A DNA stretch of 64,000 bases from Phycisphaeraceae bacterium (GCA_040905565.1 JBBDRF010000086.1:1-64000), one strand, 5' to 3'; shown: positions 12,345 through 21,196, numbered from the stretch's first letter. Made by a program: numbers and translations. Notes: a model not told the origin generated them from the letters alone.

Positions 12345-12494
12345 TCGGGGGTGCGGTTGCTCAGGAGCTGGCAGACCAGGGCGACCGCATTTGCCCGAAG
12401 ATGTCGGCGATCAATACCCAAGGCCCATCGTTCCGCTGCGGGGCTTGTCGCCGATGCGAGAAGCGACTAATATACCGCTTCGGAAATACGCTTT

Positions 12495-12568
12495 CGGGGC
12501 GTAGCGCAGCTTGGTAGCGCGCTTGACTGGGGGTCAAGAGGTCGTAGGTTCAAATCCTATCGCCCCGA
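12495..12568 (+). tRNA. tRNA-Pro (GGG)
   Basis: Cloverleaf with CGGGGCG acceptor, CTTGA-CTGGGGG-TCAAG anticodon arm and GGTTCAAATCC T-loop; CCA not encoded. Confidence 0.96.
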
Positions 12569-12572
12569 CTAC

Positions 12573-12609
12573 AAGGCCTTGCAAGGCAACAACTTGCAAG
12601 GCCTTTTTT
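12573..12609 (+). terminator. Terminator after the reconstituted tRNA-Pro
   Basis: AAGGCCTTGCAAG/CTTGCAAGGCCTT stem plus T-run. Confidence 0.75.
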
Positions 12610-12670
12610 ATGCGCGAGCCACGCCCTTTTTGCCGTTGCAGCACCCTTGCAGCGCCTGCGATTAACGCAC

Positions 12671-12697
12671 AAAAAAACCCCGCCAGTGATGACGGGG
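12671..12697 (-). terminator. Terminator for the island 1 minus-strand operon
   Basis: CCCCG/CGGGG stem with A7 on the plus strand. Confidence 0.55.
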
Positions 12698-12727
12698 CCG
12701 TGGGTGGTTGGTGGTGGGGGGGCGGGA

Positions 12728-13291
12728 TCAATCTTCCACGTCGTAACCGCACCTCCGCAGCACCTGAACCCGTTTCACTACCTCGCGACGGAATGTTGCC
12801 CCGCTGCCCAGCTCGCTGGCAATGTCCGCCATCTTTGACGATACCTCCATGAGTTCCTGATAATTCTCGCTGTCGTCGCGTTCCTCGTCTTCCGTGCCCT
12901 GAATCAGTAGGTGGAGAACGTGGCCCTTGCCCGCCAGTTCGATAGCGTCGCCCGTCATTTCCTCGAGCATCGCCGCGAGTTCGTCGTCCGGCTGGTGAAC
13001 GCCCTCAGCCGCTTCGCCGCCATCGGGGGCAACTGCCCGCCCTGCGTGCGACAAGTCCGTCTCGGTGAACCTGACGCCCAGCCGCAGCGCTTCCATGACG
13101 GCATTGTCGATGTCGGTCGTCAACTCGCACTGGGTATCGCCCAGCTTCTCGGCAAGGTTGGCCCGTTCGTGCTCGGGTCGGCTGGCGATCATGTCTGACG
13201 CTGCCGCCATGAATCGCGCGTACGTGCTGGACGCCTTGCGGACGGCCTCGATGGCTTCCTCATGCGATGGGGTGGTGGTGGTTTCGCTCAT
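12728..13291 (-). CDS. Hypothetical acidic helical protein
   Basis: ORF with GGAG SD upstream of ATG 13291. Confidence 0.6.
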   Translation of the reverse strand: MSETTTTPSHEEAIEAVRKASSTYARFMAAASDMIASRPEHERANLAEKLGDTQCELTTDIDNAVMEALRLGVRFTETDLSHAGRAVAPDGGEAAEGVHQPDDELAAMLEEMTGDAIELAGKGHVLHLLIQGTEDEERDDSENYQELMEVSSKMADIASELGSGATFRREVVKRVQVLRRCGYDVED

Positions 13292-13310
13292 GGTGTACGC
13301 TCCCGCCGCG

Positions 13311-13598
13311 TCAATCCTCAATAGCCGCCCATTGAATGGTTTCCCGCCCGGGGTTGTCCGCGTCGGGGATGTACTCTCCCTCAATCATCGCTCGCCTTAC
13401 CAGCGAAACGCACGCCCTGCGGACAGTGAACATCGCCTGCTTCCAAGGCTTGCCGTCAGCGATTGCCTCACATGCCAGCAGTTCCTCTAACAGCTCGGAT
13501 GTCTGGAGCGGCCCCGCCCCCGCATACACCTGCCGCCGCTGTGTCCCATCCAGCAACCCAACGATCGCCCGTTGCACTTTGGATATTCCTCTGCTCAT
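13311..13598 (-). CDS. Small winged-helix-like hypothetical protein
   Basis: ATGA overlap with the upstream ORF; VRRACVSLVRR..I motif. Confidence 0.55.
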   Translation of the reverse strand: MSRGISKVQRAIVGLLDGTQRRQVYAGAGPLQTSELLEELLACEAIADGKPWKQAMFTVRRACVSLVRRAMIEGEYIPDADNPGRETIQWAAIED

Positions 13599-14176
13599 AA
13601 GTGTATGGTATATGCCATACACTTAGGACGCAAGGCGGTGTTCATGGTGGACGTGTTGCCGTGACGGTCGGTGTAGGTGCGTTCACTGTCGGAATCCGAC
13701 AGTGACGTTTCTTTCCTAAGTCGATTCACGGTGTCATGGTGAACCGCACACCGCTTCGCAATTTCCCTATCGCTCCACTTCGCCCACTCATCATCCGCCA
13801 GCAACGTCTCAACGGATGCCCGCTTGTCTGCGTTGGTTCGCCGCAGCCCGTGGTCAGCATTCGCCCCGACGCTGTAGAGGATGGCGTCTCCGTCGGCTTG
13901 CTGGTCTTTGGGGAGAGAGGCGAGGGGGCGGGCGTGCTTCTCGAACTCTGGTCCGTTTTGTCTCCCCGGGGAGACATTTTCAAACACCTCAGCGGACTCG
14001 ATAAGACGATACGCCTGCGCACGCTTGAACCCCCACCGTTTTTCGCAGTACGCCTCGAACGTCTTGTACCCCGCCCGGTAAAGCTTCTGATCGCGGATGG
14101 CTGCGAGGCTAGCGCATCGTTTTGTTGACCCGGGGTCAACATTTTCTGCCACCTCAGCCAGCAGCGAACACTGCAT
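13595..14176 (-). pseudogene. Mosaic of phage ParB-like/HTH gene fragments
   Basis: LYRAGYKTFEAYCEKRWGF fragment joined to an ANADHGLRRTNADKR...WSDREIAKRC fragment; three embedded palindromes; no clear start. Confidence 0.55.
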
Positions 14177-14519
14177 GCGCGCGAACCTCTGCCGTCAACC
14201 ATCGCTGAGCGCCGCCCACCTCGACAACGTGCAATTCAACCGCATACCTGCCCGCCAGTGGAAACGCCGTAGCCGGGACGATGAGCCGGACGTTGTGCTC
14301 CACGGGCGACGCCGCCACGCTGGACAGCACGACACCGGCGACCGATGCGGCGAACGTCTGCTCTGCCGTGTCCAGGTGAAACGCATACAACGTCGCCTGC
14401 TCCACGTCGGCGGGGGTGATCGGCGCACCGGTCGCCAGTAGCTTCAGCATCCCATACGCCGCAGCGTCGCCGCCCTGCGTGATTTCACACGGAAATTTCA
14501 GCGAGTTCTCACACCCCAT
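14154..14519 (-). CDS. Hypothetical beta-rich protein (possibly tail/baseplate-associated)
   Basis: Overlaps the upstream ORF stop; beta-sandwich-like pattern (AGRYAVELHVV). Confidence 0.45.
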   Translation of the reverse strand: MGCENSLKFPCEITQGGDAAAYGMLKLLATGAPITPADVEQATLYAFHLDTAEQTFAASVAGVVLSSVAASPVEHNVRLIVPATAFPLAGRYAVELHVVEVGGAQRWLTAEVRAHAVFAAG

Positions 14520-14772
14520 GATCGTGCTCCAACATCGCCAGTGATTCGCCTTCGCTGAGGGTGTGCTGAGAAACAAGGGCCGTTGCTGCCGAACGTGCCA
14601 TGCTGGCGACCACGCTTCGCCCATGCTTTTGCTCGGCCGCTTCCATGCCTTCGAGGTGGATCATCTGTAGCACCTCGAAGGGGTAGCCTGTGAAGATCGC
14701 CGCTTGAAACTGATCGAGCCCCGCTGCATGGCGGATACATGATCGCCTCAATGTCTCAATCTGATCGCTCAT
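14509..14772 (-). CDS. Hypothetical protein
   Basis: TAATG coupling to the tape-measure-like gene. Confidence 0.55.
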   Translation of the reverse strand: MSDQIETLRRSCIRHAAGLDQFQAAIFTGYPFEVLQMIHLEGMEAAEQKHGRSVVASMARSAATALVSQHTLSEGESLAMLEHDHGV

Positions 14773-16265
14773 TACAATCCCTCCGCTCGGACAATCGGGG
14801 CGTTACGCAGTTCCTCGGCCGTTGCGTTGATCCCGACCACGGCTTCGTTAAGCTTCCGCAGTTGCTTTTCCGCTATCTCGATTTGCTTCTGCTCGCGCTG
14901 CTGGACGGCGCGGTCTGCCCGCTCTGTTTCCTGACGCGCCCCTGTGAGGAAGCGATTGGAGTCCATGCCCGGTAGTGACGCTTGGCCTCCCCTTGAACCG
15001 GCCCTGCCGATCTGATCCGCAAAGGCCCGCGCCCGCGTTTGCTGAATCTCCGCTTGTTGGCGTAGTTCTTCCAGTTGCCGTTTGCGATCTTGATGGGCGA
15101 CGGCCTCGGCTTCCCGCATCCGCCCCAGCGTCTGCGCCCTGATCGCCAGTTCTTCGTTGCCCGCCTCGCGTGCCGCGTCGATGCGTTCCTGTGCGGCACG
15201 ACGGATAGCGAACAGTTCAGCCTCGAACGCCTGCCCCGTCTGCTGCAATCGCAACTGCTCAATCTCAGCCTCGGCGCCTTGGACGGCTTCCCAGCGTTGA
15301 CGGTCGGCCTGCACCGCCGCCTGTCGCTTGGCCTCCGCCGCTTCGCGTTCCTGCCGGTCGATGTCCCCCATCCGCTGACGGTGGGCATCCTCAGCCGCTT
15401 GTCGTGCCAAGGATGCGGCCTTCCGGTCACCCGATGCACGCGCGGCGGTTCTGATCGCTGTCAGCCGGTCTTGCAGTCGTTCCTCCAGTTGCAACCGTTC
15501 ACGATCGAAGTCGTTCGCCTGTGCCAGCTCCAACGCGAAGCGGTCCTTGCTGATTGACTCCAAAAGCTTCCCGCGCGCCTCGACGCGCTTCTCCGCATCG
15601 GCTGCGTTGCGTTCCAACTCGCGAACCTCTTGGGCCGCGCCTGACCACTCATCCCGAACGGTCCGGCTCAGTTTTGCAATGTCGCCAATGAACGGAATCG
15701 CCGTAGCCAGTTCGCCGGCCATCGCGCCCGCGCTGACCTCGCCCTGCTTGAATTCGTCGGTGAGTTCGCCTGCCCGTTCTACTACGGTCGTCATCCGCTG
15801 CGCCAGAACCGTGACGCCCGCCACCATGCCGCCACCTGCGAGCATCTCGATAGCCCCCCGGCCGCCGCCCGCTTGCGCCAACATCCCACGCCGCCGCGCG
15901 TTAGCTGTATCTCGGGCGGTCCTGCTCGCGTGGCGGATTTCCTGCTCGCGCATGTTCCGCAGCATCTCAAGGCGCTGTGCCAGTTCGTTCTGATTCGCCC
16001 CCCTAGCTGCCGCGATGCGCTGCGAGAATTGACCACGCACCTGCTGCAAGTCCGCTTCCAGGTGCTGACCTTGCGCGCGGAGCGATGAGTCGCGAAGCTG
16101 CCGTTCAACCTCGACGCGCTCGCGGACCATCTTCTCTTGCTCGGCCTGACGCTGCTTCTCACGCTTAGCCTGATCCTTCATCTGAGCTTCGGCTTTGCGC
16201 AGCTCGCCCATCGCCTCGTTGCGGGCGGTGATATGCGTCTCGACTTGATCGGTGTATTTTGCCAT
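14772..16265 (-). CDS. Short tape-measure-like coiled-coil protein
   Basis: About 497 aa, Ala/Gln/Arg/Glu-rich helices with central Gly/Ala hydrophobic segments (AGGGMVAGVTVL, AIPFIG). Confidence 0.55.
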   Translation of the reverse strand: MAKYTDQVETHITARNEAMGELRKAEAQMKDQAKREKQRQAEQEKMVRERVEVERQLRDSSLRAQGQHLEADLQQVRGQFSQRIAAARGANQNELAQRLEMLRNMREQEIRHASRTARDTANARRRGMLAQAGGGRGAIEMLAGGGMVAGVTVLAQRMTTVVERAGELTDEFKQGEVSAGAMAGELATAIPFIGDIAKLSRTVRDEWSGAAQEVRELERNAADAEKRVEARGKLLESISKDRFALELAQANDFDRERLQLEERLQDRLTAIRTAARASGDRKAASLARQAAEDAHRQRMGDIDRQEREAAEAKRQAAVQADRQRWEAVQGAEAEIEQLRLQQTGQAFEAELFAIRRAAQERIDAAREAGNEELAIRAQTLGRMREAEAVAHQDRKRQLEELRQQAEIQQTRARAFADQIGRAGSRGGQASLPGMDSNRFLTGARQETERADRAVQQREQKQIEIAEKQLRKLNEAVVGINATAEELRNAPIVRAEGL

Positions 16266-16269
16266 GTGA

Positions 16270-16503
16270 TTAGCCTTTGTCTGTGTGTTCTGATGCCGTC
16301 GGCGACGTTGCCGACAGTTCCGTCGCTGCCGCCGCCAAGTGGTGTTTGAGCGTATCCAACGCCGCCCCGCGATCGTCAACGGGTAACTGGCCGATGGTGG
16401 TGGTGATGCGCTCCAGCAGTTCCGTAGCGGATGCCTCAATGCGTGGTCGCCGACGGCACTGATGCAGTAGGTGCCGTGCAAGCTGTCGCTGTAGATCGTT
16501 CAC
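16270..16503 (-). CDS. Hypothetical protein
   Basis: GTGA overlap with the terS stop. Confidence 0.55.
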   Translation of the reverse strand: MNDLQRQLARHLLHQCRRRPRIEASATELLERITTTIGQLPVDDRGAALDTLKHHLAAAATELSATSPTASEHTDKG

Positions 16504-16988
16504 GCATCACCTCCCAACTCGCGTTCGAGCGCGTCGCCTGCGCCCGCGATGGTCCTATCAAGTCGCCCCGCTGCATCGGCATCACGCTTGCCCAGCCATT
16601 CCCCAAATCGACGCAAACGTGATGCAACAGCCGCGAGTATGTTTTGTGCCATGTCCGCCGGGACAAGCTCGCCACGCGACACAGCCAGCGCCAGCTCTTC
16701 GCGTTCGGCCTTCGCCAGCCGCCAGCGTCGCAGCACGGGGTCGCCGCTGTCGATAGCCATCATGCCCTCTTCGGTCATCTCGTATCGCTGACGCACCCGG
16801 TTGCCCTCACGCTCGACCAGCCACGCCACAAGTTGCGGGCCGGGATAGGTGCCATCTAGGTTTCGCGGGCAATCTCGCCACTGCCGCAATGCTCGGGGGG
16901 AAACGCCGACAAGCGCCGCCGCATCCACCTGTTTTAAGGCGGAAACTCCCACGGGTTGCGGTTCGGGCTGTCGGCTAGATCGTGCCAT
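16500..16988 (-). CDS. Terminase small subunit, lambda Nu1/DUF1441-like
   Basis: N-terminal HTH (KQVDAAALVGVSPRALRQW...Y...LVAW) and RLAKAEREELALAVSRGELVP oligomerisation motif. Confidence 0.7.
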   Translation of the reverse strand: MARSSRQPEPQPVGVSALKQVDAAALVGVSPRALRQWRDCPRNLDGTYPGPQLVAWLVEREGNRVRQRYEMTEEGMMAIDSGDPVLRRWRLAKAEREELALAVSRGELVPADMAQNILAAVASRLRRFGEWLGKRDADAAGRLDRTIAGAGDALERELGGDA

Positions 16989-17053
16989 GTTCGTAATCAG
17001 CGGTAGGGAAGGAAGCTATGTTTCGCATCGTTTTCTTACGCAAGAATCGAGAC

Positions 17054-17092
17054 TCTTCGCCGCACCGGGTATATATGCCTCGAAAAGAACCA
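17054..17092 (-). other. Putative cos-like packaging site
   Basis: Minus strand TGGTTCT-N20-GTGCGGCGAAGA, about 65 bp upstream of terS, resembles lambda cosQ...cosN. Confidence 0.35.
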
Positions 17093-17207
17093 AGGAACAA
17101 GCCCACCCCCTACCCCCCCCCCCATGCCATGCCACTGCAAAACCGTCGAACGGGGCGAACCGTCCAACGGCCAGGACGCGCAGCTCCAAGCCGCACGCAA
17201 ACCAAGG

Positions 17208-18092
17208 TCAGTTCTCCGCATGTAGTTCAGCGTGAACATGCAACCAGTAATCCAACCGCTCACGGTTCGCCTCATCCGCCGCTTCACGCTCGGCGTCGAT
17301 GGCATCGAGTCTCGCCTTGAGTTCGTCGCGGCGCTCGAAGGCGTTGACGCGCTCGAGGAATGCTCGCCACGCTTGCGGGTCCACCACCTGCCGCCCGTGC
17401 CCGTCGGTCAGCAGCCAAGGCTTGCCGCCGTCCGGGTCCACAGCACCACGCCGCCGGTGATCATGGGGGGTCATGTCGGCATTGATCCAGCCGCACAACT
17501 GATCGTGTTCGCCCTTGATCGCATCACGCTTCGCGGCCATCGTGGCGATGGTGGTTTTACTCGCGGCCATCACCTGCTGTCGGATGAACCTTGGTGCATA
17601 TTGGCGGATATCCTTCGCTGCCTGTTCGTGCCGCTTGGCATCGCGTTCATGTTGAATCGGGGCGTTTTCGAGTTGGGCAATCTGCTGCTCAAGTTTTCGC
17701 ACCTGTTCCACCAGCCCCGGCACCTTCTCGTCACGCTGCCTTGCTGCTGCCTCGGCTTTGGCCTGTGCCCCCTTGGTGCGTTTGAATGTCTCGACGGCTG
17801 ATCGGCCACGCAGTGCATCGGCTCGCGCCGCCTTGATGGCTGCGTCGTCGCCGAGTAGGGACAACGCGGGGAGACACTCGGGCGGAATCTCCCTGTCGTG
17901 GCCTGCTGCGAATAGTGCTCGATGAACGGTTTCGATCTTCCCGGCCTGAACATCGCCGATGTCGTCAAGCTCTGCTGCGAGTTGGGAGAGCCGCTTCGTG
18001 GTGGTGTCTTTCGTGGCGGATTTCGTCTTTGGTGTCGTAGCTGGCATAATTTGCGTCCCTTGATTGCCTGTGATCGTGATGGTGTGTTTCAC
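17208..18092 (-). CDS. Hypothetical coiled-coil protein
   Basis: 294-aa ORF coupled to the upstream gene (alternative start 18047). Confidence 0.65.
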   Translation of the reverse strand: MKHTITITGNQGTQIMPATTPKTKSATKDTTTKRLSQLAAELDDIGDVQAGKIETVHRALFAAGHDREIPPECLPALSLLGDDAAIKAARADALRGRSAVETFKRTKGAQAKAEAAARQRDEKVPGLVEQVRKLEQQIAQLENAPIQHERDAKRHEQAAKDIRQYAPRFIRQQVMAASKTTIATMAAKRDAIKGEHDQLCGWINADMTPHDHRRRGAVDPDGGKPWLLTDGHGRQVVDPQAWRAFLERVNAFERRDELKARLDAIDAEREAADEANRERLDYWLHVHAELHAEN

Positions 18093-18418
18093 TTCGCCGC
18101 TGCGATGCGACGGTTACGTTGTGCGTGTTCGGCGTCCTGCGCCTTGAGCCGGGGCATGTTGTGCTCCAGAACGTAAGCCGCTTGTAATTCGGGGTGATTT
18201 GTCACGGTTGCCCGGATCGCCGCCGCCTTGGTCATGCCGCGAGCCTGATACGCCGCAACCGCCTGCCCCCACAGCGACTTCGCTGTCGGCTTAACTGCCG
18301 GGGCCTCCGCCTGGGGTTGGGGCCGCAGTCCTCGCCGCGCGTCGCGCTTCGTAGCGGTCGCGGTAGCTATCGGTCGGGTTTTGAATGCTGGGCCTGACAT
18401 TAGATTGTGTGCGGGCAT
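18089..18418 (-). CDS. Hypothetical protein (small helical domain)
   Basis: AAGG-like SD; WGQAVAAYQARGMTKAAAIRATVTNHPEL domain. Confidence 0.6.
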   Translation of the reverse strand: MPAHNLMSGPAFKTRPIATATATKRDARRGLRPQPQAEAPAVKPTAKSLWGQAVAAYQARGMTKAAAIRATVTNHPELQAAYVLEHNMPRLKAQDAEHAQRNRRIAAAK

Positions 18419-18638
18419 ACGGTGGCCTTTCTTTCGATGATTGGATGGCGTCGGCGGTAAGTTTGTTCAGCACAAGCTGAGCCTGCCCACGCGAGTAGCA
18501 TTTAACGAAATACGCACATGGCATTTCTAGTTCTGTGATTGTCTGCCGGATGGCGCGCTCGCTGAATCCTGAGATTCGCGCAATGGCGGATTCGGTCAGC
18601 GGTTCGCGTAGCTGTCGGATTTCCTCGGCTAAGTTCAT
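18291..18638 (-). CDS. Small HTH-like protein
   Basis: TESAIARISGFSERAIRQ; 3' end overlaps the next ORF. Confidence 0.45.
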   Translation of the reverse strand: MNLAEEIRQLREPLTESAIARISGFSERAIRQTITELEMPCAYFVKCYSRGQAQLVLNKLTADAIQSSKERPPYARTQSNVRPSIQNPTDSYRDRYEARRAARTAAPTPGGGPGS

Positions 18639-18686
18639 GGTGTCATTATCCCGTGTTGCTAGGGGCGTATTGCTAGGATGTAGAAA

Positions 18687-18866
18687 CTATTCGAGAATCA
18701 GCACAAAGTTTCTGTCGCAGTTTTTGCAGCGGCGATACTGCCGCACCGCGTCTGTCCACTCGTCGTGCTTCATCGTGCGGGTGACGCGATGCTGATGGCT
18801 GGAACAATGGGGACATCTCGGTCTCTCGGCTAGCACAACGGGCGGGCGGTCGCTTCTCGCTTTCAT
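18687..18866 (-). CDS. 59-aa Ogr/Delta-like zinc-finger protein (absent from the ORF track)
   Basis: Manual translation MKARSDRPPVVLAERPRCPHCSSHQHRVTRTMKHDEWTDAVRQYRRCKNCDRNFVLILE; ATGA overlap with the DUF3987 stop. Confidence 0.65.
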   Translation of the reverse strand: MKARSDRPPVVLAERPRCPHCSSHQHRVTRTMKHDEWTDAVRQYRRCKNCDRNFVLILE

Positions 18867-20548
18867 ACGCCAGCCTCCGCAAAAACGCCTGCCGTGTCTC
18901 CCTTAAGGTCGTTTTTCCCGGTGTTTTTGGCACTTGTAGTTACGTAGACAGCCTGGGCTAAATGGAACGCGTCACGGGGCCGACCGCCGGTATCTTGTAC
19001 TTTCCACTGCCCATACCCGGCTTTTGCGAGTAAACCCAAGACGCGTTCGGCGTCCTCGGTTTTGCTGAACTGACGACTTGCCCGCCGCAGTTCGTTTGCC
19101 GTGATGCCGTTGTCGGGGTCGGCCAGTCGCCGCACTACCTCCGCCAGCCGCCGCAGTTCCCGGTCGTCGTCGCTCTCGTCAAGCATGGCGTAAATCCGCC
19201 TCGCTTCGTGAATGTGCCACTCGATGAGGCTGATAGCCGACTCGATGCTCTCCACGTCGATATCCTCGCCGACGGATTCGCCCGATGCCCACTTCACCAG
19301 ATGCACCAGCAAGGCGAGCCGCAAGGTATATCCCTTCATCTTCGCCATCACGGCGCGTAGGTCGCCGCTGGTCGCCGCCATCCGTTCGCCGTGGTCGTCG
19401 TGCCACTGGATGAACCGCAAGCGTGCATCGCCATCCAGCCGCACTTCAACGGGGCAAGGGTGACCATCATCATCAAGCTCGTGTTTCAGCCCCATAAGGG
19501 CCTCGACAATATGCGATAGCTCGGCCTCGACGGATTCGGGGATATCGTCATCGCTCCACACGTCCGGCATGTCCGGGGGCATCGCAAGAAGGAACCGTGC
19601 GGCCATGCCATCCTCGCGATGCTCGATGCCTAGAGCGCTCCGCAGAATCGCCGGTTGGATGCCGCCCGTGATGCTCACCGATGGCCGATGAATGTAGGTT
19701 GTGCCCGATGTCTTCCGGTCGATGGTGATAGGGTCCGCCGACCATATGCTTAGCCACCTGGGCGCGTCTCCGCCCTTCGTGCCGCTGTAGCGGTCCATAT
19801 CGCCAATCCATCCGGCCAGCTCATCACGCGCCAGCAATACGCCCCTCGGGTTCTGCTGAAGGATTGGTGCGAGCGCTTCGGTCGTGCTGTCGCTGACAAT
19901 GTGACGCATGCACGCGGGGGCGTCCGGCTGGGTAGGTGCATCGCCGTCTTTGAGTTTCGGCCGCTTCTTCCACTGGGCAAGCTCCTGCTCATACTGCGCA
20001 AGTTCCTGCTCGTGAAGCTGCATCGCCTCCGCGTGTTCGTCATATCGCCGCCGTTGAATCCGGCGGATGGCTGCCATGACGGCCTGTTGTGAAGGTGTTT
20101 TTTTCGTGCCGCTCTCAGCCACCAGCCCCGCCCAAATGATGAGCGATTCCAGCCATGACCGCTTGACGCGGACGACGCGGGTAGTGCCGACGCACGACGC
20201 CAACATCGGGAGCATGGGCATCGTGATCATCGACGGATCAACGCCAATTGCCCGGCTCGCCGTGCTGACGTACCGCCGCAAAGCCCTCGGCAGTGCCCCC
20301 ACCGGGTAGGGTCGCCACAGCAACGTCTCCGGTGTCTCCGTAACTACAAGGTCGGTTTTTCCCGTGTTTTTTGGACTTTCGGGAGACAACGACGCCGAGT
20401 ATTGCGTCGGGACGGGTTCGGCGCTTTGTCCGCCATGGCGGACACTTTCACCATCGGCCCAATCCGCGCCGCATGAATTGCACGCGATGCGCTCTTCGTC
20501 GCCGATGCCCATGTAGGGGGTTACGTGGTCGTGCGTGCATGTACTCAT
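18863..20548 (-). CDS. DUF3987 (YfjI-like) replication/primase-associated ATPase
   Basis: YPVGALP, AESGTKKT, D.TTEAL..L..NPRG....DEL, ITGGIQP, DGMAARFL. Confidence 0.82.
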   Translation of the reverse strand: MSTCTHDHVTPYMGIGDEERIACNSCGADWADGESVRHGGQSAEPVPTQYSASLSPESPKNTGKTDLVVTETPETLLWRPYPVGALPRALRRYVSTASRAIGVDPSMITMPMLPMLASCVGTTRVVRVKRSWLESLIIWAGLVAESGTKKTPSQQAVMAAIRRIQRRRYDEHAEAMQLHEQELAQYEQELAQWKKRPKLKDGDAPTQPDAPACMRHIVSDSTTEALAPILQQNPRGVLLARDELAGWIGDMDRYSGTKGGDAPRWLSIWSADPITIDRKTSGTTYIHRPSVSITGGIQPAILRSALGIEHREDGMAARFLLAMPPDMPDVWSDDDIPESVEAELSHIVEALMGLKHELDDDGHPCPVEVRLDGDARLRFIQWHDDHGERMAATSGDLRAVMAKMKGYTLRLALLVHLVKWASGESVGEDIDVESIESAISLIEWHIHEARRIYAMLDESDDDRELRRLAEVVRRLADPDNGITANELRRASRQFSKTEDAERVLGLLAKAGYGQWKVQDTGGRPRDAFHLAQAVYVTTSAKNTGKNDLKGDTAGVFAEAGV

Positions 20549-20697
20549 TGCTGCACCGCCTTCCACTGGAATTGCTGTCGCTCCAGTTCGCGCCGCCGGT
20601 GCTCCTGCAGCATGGCCCATTGCCGCCTCAGTAGTTCCTTACCCTGACATTCGCGTGGTGCGTAGGGGCCGCGCCAGTTGAGAAGATGCTCACTCAT
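20545..20697 (-). CDS. Small hypothetical protein
   Basis: ATGA overlaps on both sides. Confidence 0.45.
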   Translation of the reverse strand: MSEHLLNWRGPYAPRECQGKELLRRQWAMLQEHRRRELERQQFQWKAVQQ

Positions 20698-20873
20698 CGC
20701 TGCCCCCCCAACTCGCGAAGGTCTGTCACGGCCTCCAGCGCGTCGCACCGGTGGCAGAAACTCAAGCCGGACCCCTGAACCTTCCCGCAGCCGCATCGCT
20801 CGCAGCGGGGTGGGGGGTAGCTGTACAGCGGTTCAGCTTTGCGCTTCCATTCCGTCTCATTTTTCACTAACAT
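20694..20873 (-). CDS. 59-aa CxxC-CxxC zinc-finger protein (absent from the ORF track)
   Basis: Manual translation MLVKNETEWKRKAEPLYSYPPPRCERCGCGKVQGSGLSFCHRCDALEAVTDLRELGGQR; coupled to the next ORF. Confidence 0.5.
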   Translation of the reverse strand: MLVKNETEWKRKAEPLYSYPPPRCERCGCGKVQGSGLSFCHRCDALEAVTDLRELGGQR

Positions 20874-20928
20874 GACGTTGCCCTTTCGTCGCCCCGCGGT
20901 TGCCGCCGTTCGGGGCTTTTTTTGTGTT

Positions 20929-21126
20929 TCAGTTGCCCGCTTCGGTGCGGTTGTGGATGAACGCCGTCACGGCCTCGGGTGTGTAGCGGATCGCCCGCCC
21001 GACTCGGACGTACGGAAGCGGGTATCGCTTCGTGCATCGCCACACGCGAAGCGTGCCTTCCGTGATGCCCAGCCGGTCGGCTGCCTCTTGCGGGGTCATT
21101 AGTTTTTCTGTTGCCGTCGCTGTCAT
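20929..21126 (-). CDS. Excisionase/HTH_17 DNA-binding protein
   Basis: LMTPQEAADRLGI...TLRVWR...PYVRVGRAIRY. Confidence 0.88.
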   Translation of the reverse strand: MTATATEKLMTPQEAADRLGITEGTLRVWRCTKRYPLPYVRVGRAIRYTPEAVTAFIHNRTEAGN

Positions 21127-21196
21127 TGGTCGATCTCCGATAATTGAAGTTCCTAGTTGTTGTCTTCCCCTGCTCTACCGGCCGACATGCGCGCAT

